DNA of 64,000 nucleotides from the NCBI GenBank assembly GCA_965222155.1, contig CBDCTH010000012.1, forward strand, positions 3,296,001-3,360,000. The letters are read 5' to 3'. Below, in pieces: positions 37,674 through 47,467 of this stretch. Under the pieces are notes generated by a model. It did no database searches and had not been told where the DNA came from. It saw only the letters and a program-made list of their open reading frames with translations. The stretch's first letter is position 1; each line of letters starts with the position of its first letter. The position numbers and the translations under genes were made by a program. This DNA is from Gammaproteobacteria bacterium (GTDB lineage: Bacteria > Pseudomonadota > Gammaproteobacteria > Eutrophobiales > Eutrophobiaceae).

Positions 37674-39254
37674 ATGGCTGACCTGAAAAAATTAAGGCGA
37701 AGAGAAATAATCAAATTTGCCGCGTTAGGGGCTGGAGTGGGCGCCTTGGGTGGTTTGAGTGGCAAACAAATCCGGGCCGCTGATGACAATGATAAAGTCC
37801 GGCTCGACATCCCTGATGCTGTTGTCGACATACTGATTGTCGGCGCCGGCAATGCCGGGATGCCGGCCGCGATCCAGGCAGCCGATCTTGGCGCCAAGGT
37901 CTTGCTGCTGGATAAAAATCCTTTTGTCGGCGGAATGTTGAACATCTCGGGTGGCCATATAAGCGGCGCCGACAGTAAAGTTCAGATCGCCAAAGGCATC
38001 GAGGATTCCCCTGCGTCGCATTATCGGGACGCCATGCGCATGGGCAGGTACAGGAATAACTCCGAGTTATTGAAGATTGCCGTTGAAAATGCGGCGGCGA
38101 TGATCGACTGGCTGGTTAAAATCGGTGTCGAATTCACACCTGAATCGCCTTTTCTCGAAGACGACCATGACCATTACAGTGCGCCGCGTACGTATGTGGG
38201 ACCTGACTATGCGCGGTCGCTTTTAGGACCCTTCTGGACAGAGTTGGAAAAACGTATCGAGCGAGGTGATGTAACGCTGCGACTGAATACCCGGGTCACA
38301 AGACTCATCAGGGATGATGCCGGCAAGATTATCGGCGTCGCAGTTGTTGATGGCGCCGGGAACAGTTCCAGGCTGATGGCGAAAGCAGTGATTCTGGCAA
38401 CGGGCGGTTACGGGGCCAGTGAAGAATTGAAGGAAAAATATAACCGGAAGATCGCAAAATCCAAGGTGATCTGTCTGTCACATGCGACCGGAGATGGCAT
38501 AGTCATGGCTGAACAGGTTGGCGCGAATTTGACTAACATGGACATTTTTATCTCCTTCCCGGGCACCGTAAAGGGTGCGTCCGGGCGCTTGCAACACCCC
38601 CCCGATCACTATATTGACGGCATTTGGGTTAACCAACAAGGTTTGCGGTTTGTTAATGAACACGCCGACAGTCCCGATGAAAGAGAGAGAGCCTTTCTTG
38701 AGCAAGCCGACTTAGGTTTCTTTTACGTCTTTGATGAGAGGATAAAGAATCGTGATAATCCGGGCGGACTGGATTGGACCCAAGAGCAACTGCGGCGTGA
38801 AATTTCGCGTGGGGTTGTCAAGAAAGCAGCGTCGATTCGGCAACTTGCTGCCAGGATCGGTGTCAATGCAAATCGCCTGAGCCGGACGGTCACAAAATAT
38901 AACAATTTTGTGACACGCGGTGTCGATGAAGAATTTAACAGGGTGAAGTTAGGCGATAAACTCACTCATAGGCCATTTTACAGTATTCCGATAACCGGCA
39001 GTATATTGATTTCTCATGGCGGGGTTTCAGTAAACCATTCACTACAGGTAACCGACAATAACGCTAAGGTGATTCCCGATCTTTACGCGGTTGGGGAAAC
39101 ATTGGGCTGCGCTCAAATGATGGGAAACGCAGTCTTGAGTGGAATGAGTGTCGGACCCGCGATCACTTTGGGGCGTATTGCGGCGAGAAATGCCTGTCAA
39201 TATGCACAATACCAGCAAGATCAAACCCAGGTTTGTGCGGAATCCAGCGCTTGA
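37674..39254 (+). CDS. Tat-exported FAD-dependent oxidoreductase (flavocytochrome c / FAD_binding_2 family)
   Basis: RRREII Tat motif; GAGNAG, LATGGY, TGDG, RFVNE and LYAVGE. Confidence 0.85.
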   Translation: MADLKKLRRREIIKFAALGAGVGALGGLSGKQIRAADDNDKVRLDIPDAVVDILIVGAGNAGMPAAIQAADLGAKVLLLDKNPFVGGMLNISGGHISGADSKVQIAKGIEDSPASHYRDAMRMGRYRNNSELLKIAVENAAAMIDWLVKIGVEFTPESPFLEDDHDHYSAPRTYVGPDYARSLLGPFWTELEKRIERGDVTLRLNTRVTRLIRDDAGKIIGVAVVDGAGNSSRLMAKAVILATGGYGASEELKEKYNRKIAKSKVICLSHATGDGIVMAEQVGANLTNMDIFISFPGTVKGASGRLQHPPDHYIDGIWVNQQGLRFVNEHADSPDERERAFLEQADLGFFYVFDERIKNRDNPGGLDWTQEQLRREISRGVVKKAASIRQLAARIGVNANRLSRTVTKYNNFVTRGVDEEFNRVKLGDKLTHRPFYSIPITGSILISHGGVSVNHSLQVTDNNAKVIPDLYAVGETLGCAQMMGNAVLSGMSVGPAITLGRIAARNACQYAQYQQDQTQVCAESSA

Positions 39255-39276
39255 ATCTCAGCCCTGCAATCTACCT

Positions 39277-40680
39277 GTGAGTATTCTTTCCTTATCCGCC
39301 GCCGACTTCAGCCTGGAACTAGACGTTGCTGTCATCGGCGCAGGCGCCTGCGGGTTATGCGCCGGTTTGGCCGCCAGACAGGCAGGCTCCGAAGTGTTGA
39401 TTCTCGAGCGGGATCCCAGTCCGCTGGGAACAACTGCAATGTCGACCGGACTGATACCGGGAGCCGGGACGTCATTTCAGCAAGCCGCAGGAATCCACGA
39501 CACGGCCGAACAGTTTGCACACGATGTTTGTGCAAAGACGGGTTTCAGGACAGATGAGAAAATCGTCCTGGCGCTCGCCAGGGAATCGGCCGCCACCATT
39601 GAATGGCTGGTCAATAATCAAAAAGTCCCTTTGTCCCTGGTCGACAGCTTTCTTTACCCGGGTCATTCGGTGATGCGTATGCACGGCACGCCAAATCGAA
39701 CCGGCTCCGAACTCATGGGCAGCCTGTGCAACGCGGCAGACAGGGCAGGCGTCGATATCCTCACCGAAGCATGTGCTACCGACCTGTTCGCTGATGAAGA
39801 TGGTCGCGTGCATGGGGTACGTTGTCGGAGGCCGGATGGTAAATATGAGGATTTAGCCTGCCGCGCTCTCATCCTCGCCTGCTGTGGCTTTGCCGGAAAC
39901 CCGGAAATGGTCAGCAGGTATATTCCCGAAATTGAGAATGGCGAGTTCTTTGGTCATCCGGGCAACAAAGGTGACGCGCTGCTCTGGGGCGAGGCGCTTG
40001 GCGCTGCGGTTGCCGACATGAGCGCATACCAGGGACATGCCGGCCTGGCAAAAGGTTACGGGATCCCGATTTTGTGGCCTACTATCGTCGAGGGCGGCAT
40101 CCAGGTCAATCAACAAGGCCGGCGTTTCTCCAATGAGGCGCGCGGTTACTCGGAACAGGCAGTCGATGTTCTTCGCCAACAGGATGCTGTCGCATGGACA
40201 TTTTACGATGAAAAACGCCATGAACTGATGCTGGAATTCGATGATTATCAGGATGCCATCTCGGCCGGCGCGATTCGATGCGGCGAATCCCTGGAAGCAA
40301 TTTGCGAGCAGACAAATTTACCTATCGATGCGCTGACGGAAACTCTGGCGGAAATTACCGGGTTGGTCGATAGTGATTCTACTGACAGCTTTGGAAGGAG
40401 TTTCAAGGGCAAGCACGTTCTGACCGCGCCCTTCTACGCGGTCAAGGTGACCGGCGCCCTGTTTCATACGCAGGGTGGCCTGAAGGTTGACGAAAACGGC
40501 CGCGTACTACGACCGGACGGCTCGCTATTTCCGAACCTCTACGCCGGCGGCGGCGCTGCCAGGGGCATATCCGGACCCGACGCATCCGGCTACCTGGCCG
40601 GAAACGGATTAATGACGGCGACTACCTTTGGTCGTCTCGCGGGGCTTGCGGCGGCTGCAAACGCGAGGGCGGCTCGATAG
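39277..40680 (+). CDS. FAD-dependent oxidoreductase (FAD_binding_2 family)
   Basis: GAGACG, GRRFSNE, HTQGGL, LYAGGGAA and GNGL; start uncertain (GTG at 39277). Confidence 0.85.
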   Translation: MSILSLSAADFSLELDVAVIGAGACGLCAGLAARQAGSEVLILERDPSPLGTTAMSTGLIPGAGTSFQQAAGIHDTAEQFAHDVCAKTGFRTDEKIVLALARESAATIEWLVNNQKVPLSLVDSFLYPGHSVMRMHGTPNRTGSELMGSLCNAADRAGVDILTEACATDLFADEDGRVHGVRCRRPDGKYEDLACRALILACCGFAGNPEMVSRYIPEIENGEFFGHPGNKGDALLWGEALGAAVADMSAYQGHAGLAKGYGIPILWPTIVEGGIQVNQQGRRFSNEARGYSEQAVDVLRQQDAVAWTFYDEKRHELMLEFDDYQDAISAGAIRCGESLEAICEQTNLPIDALTETLAEITGLVDSDSTDSFGRSFKGKHVLTAPFYAVKVTGALFHTQGGLKVDENGRVLRPDGSLFPNLYAGGGAARGISGPDASGYLAGNGLMTATTFGRLAGLAAAANARAAR

Positions 40681-41647
40681 GGCCGTGACCCACCCACGTG
40701 CCTTCGGCATAGGTAACTTCGAGCCACATCACGCCATTTTCCGTTAGCGGGCCTTCCTGCCAGGCCCAGATGCTCAACGGCGGCCGGTCGATGAAGTGGT
40801 CCTTCTTTACCAGGATGGTTTGATTGGCTTCGTTGGGACCGGCAGCTGTTCCTACTTTCAGGTCACCAAACAAGATGTAATAAAACCGTTGCGCCTTCTT
40901 GAAATAACTGCGTTGCGGCGCCTGTGGGTGTGACCAGCCGGGCGGCGCGTATCGAAGCACGGAGCGAAAACCGCCCTGCCAATCGTCGCTCAGCCATTTG
41001 ACGCTCACCCCCGGCAACTCTTTGTCTGCTTCCCATTCCATTTCCTCAGGGATTGCCGAGTGCTGAAAATGGGCATTGGTCCAATGTTTGACCTGTTTCC
41101 ATGAATCGTTATACCTGCGCGACTCCGGGTCCAAAGAGATCGTCTCGCCACCCGAGGCGAACGCCAGATGCACCGAGCTGGGCGGTATCTTCTGCCGCGC
41201 CATGACATCCGACCGATTGCCGTGAATACTGTATGCGGGTCTGTCCATCCAGGTGCCTGTTCGCATGCGCACCATAGAGCCCAGTTTTTGCACAGGACTG
41301 ACGAACTCATAATGTATGAAATTCCCTTCCAGCACATAGCCCCACTCGTGGAAGTCGTGATAATGCCAATCCTTCAAATAGGCATCCCAACCCGGGACAA
41401 TGTCCAGGTAAATCAAGGTGGCTCCATCCGCATTGGAATACAGCAGCTTCCCCTTACTCCTGCGGTGTTTGCCCATACGAAACCGGTCATCCCACTCCAG
41501 TGTCTTGACGTCTACCACATTCAGGGACTGCCAGACGCCATCAGACTCGTCTCCATGGACGGCAGTTGTAGTGGTGAAGAGGAGCAGGCAAAGTGACAGC
41601 GCCGTGCAGGCCAGGCGCAAGCATGGAATTCTATTCGGTTCAATCAT
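40622..41647 (-). CDS. Exported double-cupin-like protein (paralog B)
   Basis: WHYHDFHEWGYVLEG; long identical stretches shared with 36531-37517; 59-bp convergent overlap with the upstream flavoprotein. Confidence 0.65.
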   Translation of the reverse strand: MIEPNRIPCLRLACTALSLCLLLFTTTTAVHGDESDGVWQSLNVVDVKTLEWDDRFRMGKHRRSKGKLLYSNADGATLIYLDIVPGWDAYLKDWHYHDFHEWGYVLEGNFIHYEFVSPVQKLGSMVRMRTGTWMDRPAYSIHGNRSDVMARQKIPPSSVHLAFASGGETISLDPESRRYNDSWKQVKHWTNAHFQHSAIPEEMEWEADKELPGVSVKWLSDDWQGGFRSVLRYAPPGWSHPQAPQRSYFKKAQRFYYILFGDLKVGTAAGPNEANQTILVKKDHFIDRPPLSIWAWQEGPLTENGVMWLEVTYAEGTWVGHGPIEPPSRLQPPQAPRDDQR

Positions 41648-41792
41648 GGTTTTGTCTTATCCTCGCTCTCATTTTAGCCCGGATATTGCACCAGATCGCT
41701 TGTCATAAACGGAAAGTCCAATGCTGTCAATGAGTTACTCACAGTTTATCACTTTCATCGCTGTCGTAAGCTGCGCTGGTTCAATATCCTGG

Positions 41793-43286
41793 CTAGCCGA
41801 CACTTGGTCGAACGTTTGAGTTTAACCTGAATAAATTTGTCGGATCGTATTTGTTCTTAAGTTGGACCATTCGGTCATGGTTGCCCAGGTAGTTGGACTG
41901 CGCCTTGCTTTGAGTTACCGCGAACTCATCGTTGCTGTAGAAACCATAGGTGAACTCCTCGACTCTTTTCCAGTATTGCCGGGCCCAACGCACGTGCGGC
42001 GCAGTTTCGGTCCCGCGTTTCCACACTGCTGCTACTGTCAGATTGTGGCTGGGATAGCGATGCGGAAAGGCCGTCGCCTCCGGGGCAATGCGTCCAACTG
42101 CGCCGCCTGCCTGCTGGAAGAAAGCCATGCCGCCGCGCTTCGGGTTTGACTCCAGGTTATCCACCAGTGCGTCGATGAGACCAGGGGAAATCTCAGTGGT
42201 AAAGCCGCTCTTCAGGTACTGGCCGGTCCCGCGCGGGTCGGTGTCATCGCTGTCGCGTTGTAAGACAACATAGTCGATGGCCTTGATGTCATCGCGCAAG
42301 GGTTTTCCGGCACGCCGTAATGGTTCGAGGACGCGCTCTGCGTGCTTATGAGGACCGGAATAGCACACGTTGAAATAAACCATGTGACCCATACCTGCAG
42401 GGGGCGCGAAGAGCACGATATCAGCGTACATCTCGTCGGGCATATCATGGCAGTAATCGGCATAGAACTTCAGGAGGTGCTTGGCTTGTGAATAGGGAAA
42501 GAAAATTTCGCCGCCAATCACCTGATGTTCCAGGGGATGAAGTTGAAACTCGAAGGAGGTGACCACGCCGAAGTTGCCGCCGCCACCACGGACGCCCCAG
42601 TAGAGATCCGGATTCTCCTTAGCGCTGGCGCGTCGAAACTGACCATCGGCGGTAATGATATCCACAGCCGTGACATTATCCGAAGCCAGACCGTACTGGC
42701 GCGCGAGCCGACCAAATCCACCTCCCAGGGTGAGACCGCCTACACCCGTGTGGGATACCGTCCCGGAGGTAGTGACCAGTCCGAAGGCCTGGGTCTCCTG
42801 GTCCAGGGCCGCCAGCAATGAGCCTCCGGCGACGCGGGCGCTACGAGCCAGTGGGTCGACCCGAACACCTCGCAGTGGCGACAGGTCGATCATAATGCCG
42901 CCGTCACAGCTGCCTTTGCCGGCAACGTTGTGGCCGCCACACCTGACTGCCGTAAGAAGGTTATAGTGGCGGGCAAAGTTCACGGCATCGCGAACGTCTC
43001 CGGCGCCGGCACATTGAGCGATGAGCGCCGGGCGTTTATCAATCATGCGATTGCGTAATTGACGAACTTCGTCGTAACCCTCACTGTCAGGCAACAACAG
43101 TCGCCCGCGCAAGCTGTTGCGCAGATCTTCAATGGCAGTCCTTTCCACTGAGACTGCATCACCCCCGCCCGTTACTGCACTGATCTCCGTCACCAACGGA
43201 TTAGCGGATACGTAACCTCGCCAGGTTGGAAATGAAACTGCCGCTACAGCAGCCAGGCTGGTTTGGCAGAATGTTCTTCGATCCAT
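41793..43286 (-). CDS. Tat-exported FAD-linked oxidase (FAD_binding_4 + BBE)
   Basis: MDRRTF; RCGGHN covalent-FAD His; GGGGNFGVVT; KNKYDPTNLF. Confidence 0.9.
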   Translation of the reverse strand: MDRRTFCQTSLAAVAAVSFPTWRGYVSANPLVTEISAVTGGGDAVSVERTAIEDLRNSLRGRLLLPDSEGYDEVRQLRNRMIDKRPALIAQCAGAGDVRDAVNFARHYNLLTAVRCGGHNVAGKGSCDGGIMIDLSPLRGVRVDPLARSARVAGGSLLAALDQETQAFGLVTTSGTVSHTGVGGLTLGGGFGRLARQYGLASDNVTAVDIITADGQFRRASAKENPDLYWGVRGGGGNFGVVTSFEFQLHPLEHQVIGGEIFFPYSQAKHLLKFYADYCHDMPDEMYADIVLFAPPAGMGHMVYFNVCYSGPHKHAERVLEPLRRAGKPLRDDIKAIDYVVLQRDSDDTDPRGTGQYLKSGFTTEISPGLIDALVDNLESNPKRGGMAFFQQAGGAVGRIAPEATAFPHRYPSHNLTVAAVWKRGTETAPHVRWARQYWKRVEEFTYGFYSNDEFAVTQSKAQSNYLGNHDRMVQLKNKYDPTNLFRLNSNVRPSVG

Positions 43287-43548
43287 AGCTTCTTAGCCTC
43301 CGGTGGATTGCGCGGCGATGAGCACGACGAATCTCTGTAATTACAGGACAGGCCGGGTGTGAATCTATCCTATATTACCTGTTAGAATGTGATGAGAGAG
43401 ACAATAAAAGAGGTGCTCTTAAATGTCAAGTTTTCCATATACAAGGATTAATTGTTCATATATAAGAATATTGTTACACTATCCGGAACATAAATGAGAG
43501 TACCAAGATGGCAAATCAAACCAAACGGCTCAACCTGTGCAGGTTGCC

Positions 43549-44589
43549 ATGATGATTACAGAACCGAAGGAACTGTCATATCCCTTCAGTGACAAGCCGC
43601 CGCCCGGCGAGCTTGTATTTGTCGCGCCCGGTGTGGCCTGGCTGCGAATGCCGCTGCCTATCGCCTTGAACCACATTAATCTGTGGCTGCTGGAAGACAA
43701 GGAGGGTTGGACGATTGTAGATACCGGAATCTCAAACGATGAAACCCGCGATCTCTGGGAGCAAATTTTTGCACGTCGTTTGAACGGTAAGCCTGTTACA
43801 CGTTTGATCGTGACACATATGCACACAGACCATGTCGGTCTGGCAGGATGGCTCGCCAAACGCTGGAACGTGGATTTGTGGATGACGAGCCTGGAATATT
43901 TCACCTGCCGCGTGCTGGTCGAGGACACCGGTAAAGAGGCGCCGGAAGAAGGTCTGCGGTTTTATTCCGAGGCGGGGTTTGACGAGGAATCCCTGGATAT
44001 TTACCGCAGTCGTTTCGGCATGTTCGGCTCATTTATCGGCGCGCTCCCCCAGTCATTCCATCGATTGGCCGAAGCTGACCGGCTGCGTATGGCCGAACAG
44101 GATTGGCAGGTTATAATCGGCCGCGGACACTCACCGGAACATGCGTGTCTGTTCTGTCCCGCGCTCAACCTGCTCATCGGCGGTGACCAGATCCTGCCCA
44201 GGATTTCATCCAATGTGAGTGTTCGACCAACCGAACCCGCCGCAAACCCGTTGCAGGAGTGGCTGGATAGCCTCAGGGAAATGCAAAAGTTTCTGCCGGC
44301 AGACGTCCTGGTTCTGCCTTCCCATGGTTACCCGTTTCACGGCGCACACCAGCGCCTGCAACAGTTGATTGATGGTCATGAAAGCGCACTGACCAAGCTC
44401 CACGAACTATGCCGGGAACCGCAACGTGCGGTCGATACATTCCCTGCTTTATTCAAGAGAGCCGTTGACCAACGCAGCTTGATCATTGCGACCGGAGAGA
44501 GTCTGGCCCACCTGAATTATTTACTTGAGAAAGGGCAACTGCGCGTGTATCGCGGCCAGGATGGGGTTAAACGCTATGCCAGTGCCTGA
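43549..44589 (+). CDS. MBL-fold metallohydrolase
   Basis: THMHTDHVG, GHSPEH, GD and PSHG. Confidence 0.9.
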   Translation: MMITEPKELSYPFSDKPPPGELVFVAPGVAWLRMPLPIALNHINLWLLEDKEGWTIVDTGISNDETRDLWEQIFARRLNGKPVTRLIVTHMHTDHVGLAGWLAKRWNVDLWMTSLEYFTCRVLVEDTGKEAPEEGLRFYSEAGFDEESLDIYRSRFGMFGSFIGALPQSFHRLAEADRLRMAEQDWQVIIGRGHSPEHACLFCPALNLLIGGDQILPRISSNVSVRPTEPAANPLQEWLDSLREMQKFLPADVLVLPSHGYPFHGAHQRLQQLIDGHESALTKLHELCREPQRAVDTFPALFKRAVDQRSLIIATGESLAHLNYLLEKGQLRVYRGQDGVKRYASA

Positions 44590-44604
44590 TGACCGGGGGA
44601 GAGG

Positions 44605-44628
44605 GGGGACGGATTTAAATCCGTCCCC
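44605..44628. repeat. Perfect palindrome GGGGACGGATTTAAATCCGTCCCC (possible bidirectional terminator)
   Basis: Between convergent genes; compensatory A/T to G/C change relative to the other two copies. Confidence 0.75.
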
Positions 44629-44633
44629 GGACG

Positions 44634-45545
44634 CTAACTTTGCACCATACTGCGTAATACCGAGCAAACCGCGGCGGTATCCTGTTGCCCGCGACCATCC
44701 TCGATCGCGCTTTGATACAACTTGGCACTGGCCGTAAAAAGCGGTGTGGTGACGCCGTATTTCTCTGCAAACTCGCGGATCAAATCCAGATCTTTCTGCC
44801 AGACATCGAGCTTCATGGTCGCGGGTTCGTACTCATCGCGAATCATCAACGGGCTACGTAACTCGAACACACGAGAAGTACCGCCGCCGCTGGCAATCAC
44901 TTCACAGAGCATGGTGAGATCGATACCGCAGCGCTCGCCCAATAAAACTGCCTCGGCCGCGGCCACATTGTGGATGGCAACCAGCAGGTTGGCGATGAGC
45001 TTTGCCCTGGTGCCGTTTCCGAACTCACCGAGATAATGGCCGGCTCTGCTGAAGTCCGCAAAGACGGGTTTACATTTCTCCCAGCTTGCAGCATCGCCGC
45101 TGGCGTAAATAGCGATATCACCGGTAACAGCCTGGGAGCCGGTGCCACTAATCGGGCAATCGAGTAAGGGTATACCTGCTGCTGCCAGCCTGTCCCGGTT
45201 GGCGGTTTTGCATTCCAGTGACAATGTGCTGAGCTCAGTCATAATGAGGCCGCCAAGCCGACCAGACTCGATGTTGACAATCTCAGTTACATTGTCATCA
45301 AGCGCCTGAGGGCCAGGCAGGCTCGAAAGCAGAAGATCCGACTTCTCAGCAACGTCTGTCGGAGTTTCGACGATAATGACACCCATCTCCCCGGCTTTCC
45401 GGCACTGTACCGGATACGGATCAAAGCCAACTACCTGGTGTCCGGCTTTTATCAGGTTACGGGCAAAAGCTGAACCCATGATGCCGAGCCCGAGGATCCC
45501 CACACTGCGCGGCCAACTATCACCTTGTTCGGTATGCTGCGTCAT
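44634..45545 (-). CDS. NAD(P)-dependent beta-hydroxyacid dehydrogenase family
   Basis: GLGIMG, DCPISG, KLIAN and KDL. Confidence 0.88.
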   Translation of the reverse strand: MTQHTEQGDSWPRSVGILGLGIMGSAFARNLIKAGHQVVGFDPYPVQCRKAGEMGVIIVETPTDVAEKSDLLLSSLPGPQALDDNVTEIVNIESGRLGGLIMTELSTLSLECKTANRDRLAAAGIPLLDCPISGTGSQAVTGDIAIYASGDAASWEKCKPVFADFSRAGHYLGEFGNGTRAKLIANLLVAIHNVAAAEAVLLGERCGIDLTMLCEVIASGGGTSRVFELRSPLMIRDEYEPATMKLDVWQKDLDLIREFAEKYGVTTPLFTASAKLYQSAIEDGRGQQDTAAVCSVLRSMVQS

Positions 45546-46189
45546 AACTCACTTTTGACATTCAGACCTTTGAGCATCGTAGTCACACCCTGCGAGACTA
45601 CGGCGGAAAAGTCCTCATTGACCTTGCTGTGATAAATGTGTTTGCGTACCGCGTAGTAGAACAATCCCCCATGCAGCACCCATACCTGCTCCAGCTCGAG
45701 CTCTGTTATGGGTTTCTCCTGCACGGAAGGCAAGCCGCAATAGTCGCGCAGCTCTGCGCAAATCGGCTTCAGAAGCTTATCCTCCACGACCCGAATATAG
45801 CGACGATTGAGCCCCTCGCCTCTAAGCCCTGAAAACATGTAAATCCTGATCCATTCGTAACGATGGGTAGCGTCAGAATATTTCCCGTAAAACTCACAGA
45901 GGCGATCATGCAGTGACTTGGAACGGTCTCGTAACAACGAATACCAGGATGGATCAATGCGATTGATATAGACTTCATCGAAGACCCGCTCGATAAGATC
46001 CTGCTTGGTGGGAAAGTATTTGTATAGAAGTGGCTGGGTTATACCGAGGCGCTGCGCCAGTTCCCGTGTCTGTCCGGCAAAACCCACTTCGGCGAAAAAA
46101 CTAATCGCTTCCTTGACGATTTGTTGCTCCCGGTCGCTGGCCGAAAGCCGTCGGCGAACTGTGGCAGTATCTTTGAGTCCAGATTTCAT
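45542..46189 (-). CDS. TetR/AcrR family regulator
   Basis: TRELAQRLGITQPLLYKYFPTK HTH. Confidence 0.92.
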   Translation of the reverse strand: MKSGLKDTATVRRRLSASDREQQIVKEAISFFAEVGFAGQTRELAQRLGITQPLLYKYFPTKQDLIERVFDEVYINRIDPSWYSLLRDRSKSLHDRLCEFYGKYSDATHRYEWIRIYMFSGLRGEGLNRRYIRVVEDKLLKPICAELRDYCGLPSVQEKPITELELEQVWVLHGGLFYYAVRKHIYHSKVNEDFSAVVSQGVTTMLKGLNVKSEL

Positions 46190-46204
46190 AAGTTTGTTTT
46201 ATAT

Positions 46205-47467
46205 TCAACTCATCCAGCGTACCACGCCGGCGACACCATCCACGGCAACCATCGAACCATCGGGGATTCGTTCTGTCGCGTCAAGCACACCCAGAACCAT
46301 GGGTATGCCCCGCTCCCGGGCAAGAGAGGCAAAATGAGACGTGCTGCCACCCAGTTCCGCGACCACACCGGACACGCTCGGCAAGACGTGGCTTAATGCC
46401 GGTCCGGCTACCTTGGTGACCAGGATGTCTCCGGGCGCTACCCGGGTGAGTTCGCATTCACAATTCACAACGCAGGCGCGCCCGCTACCCCAGCCGACGC
46501 CGGCGGGATGGCCATTGAGCCGAGGGTGACGCAGCCAGATTTCATCGGGTACTGTTGCTGTGGCAACCTGCAGAGGCCGTGCCTGGAGGAGCTTGAAACC
46601 CAGGTCGTCCAGCGCCCACTCAATCTCTGTCGGCCCACCGATGACGTCTTCAGCGCGCAGCAGCAATTGGCCAAGCTTGATTGCCTGTTCTTTACTCAGA
46701 CATTGGCTCTCCACCAGGTCTCGTTCAACGCGCTGGGCGCCATGCACACAAGTAACCGCATGGAACTTGCGTCCGCACCGGGCCTCGCGCAGATTGCCGT
46801 CACGACTCAGCAGATATCTGTCCGGGACGATTTCACCCTGGGCAATTGCCGATCCCAATCCCCACGTGGCGCTCAACAGCATGTCCCCATCCGGCGTCCA
46901 GCTTAAGCCACCGCCGCTGACACGCGCCGCTACCAATGGTTGAATGATCAATGCCATTGCCGTAGCGGCAGGGTCCATGCTGTGCCCGGCCATGTAGCGC
47001 AATGCCCGGGTTGACCAGAGCGCCGACCAGCAGGCTCGCACCGCAGTGAAAAAGTCCTGCTGCTGCTCGATACCCAGGAAACTTTCAAACTGGCCGGCAA
47101 AATTTGAACCAGCGCGATCCTCAACCAGCGCCGAGGAACGGACCACATTCTCCGTCTTTTCAAACTCTTGCCAGGTCGTGAGCAGCGTGGCCTCAACAGC
47201 TTTTTCCAGGGCTCCATCCATCAACGCGAGTTTTATCCGGAGCGCGCAACGCCGGGCCTTCAAGCCCTCACCGGCAAACACCTCGCGGGCAACTTCCGTC
47301 AATCCAAGCGAGTCCAACTGCAGACGATAGGCCTCGGCATCCAGAACACTGCCGCCGGGCACAGGTAACCCGGCCTTGCCGAGTTTCGCCAGGTTTGCAG
47401 CCTTGGGACCGAAGCGATTGGGGTCGGCGGCTTCGTTCGAGTTCAGTGGAACCAGTAATTCTGTCAT
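46205..47467 (-). CDS. PEP-synthase-like ATP-grasp domain fused to a phospho-His swivel domain, no acceptor domain
   Basis: GPKAANL, VRSSALVED, FAGQFES, LLQARP and GGSTSHFASLARE; only 420 aa. Confidence 0.85.
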   Translation of the reverse strand: MTELLVPLNSNEAADPNRFGPKAANLAKLGKAGLPVPGGSVLDAEAYRLQLDSLGLTEVAREVFAGEGLKARRCALRIKLALMDGALEKAVEATLLTTWQEFEKTENVVRSSALVEDRAGSNFAGQFESFLGIEQQQDFFTAVRACWSALWSTRALRYMAGHSMDPAATAMALIIQPLVAARVSGGGLSWTPDGDMLLSATWGLGSAIAQGEIVPDRYLLSRDGNLREARCGRKFHAVTCVHGAQRVERDLVESQCLSKEQAIKLGQLLLRAEDVIGGPTEIEWALDDLGFKLLQARPLQVATATVPDEIWLRHPRLNGHPAGVGWGSGRACVVNCECELTRVAPGDILVTKVAGPALSHVLPSVSGVVAELGGSTSHFASLARERGIPMVLGVLDATERIPDGSMVAVDGVAGVVRWMS

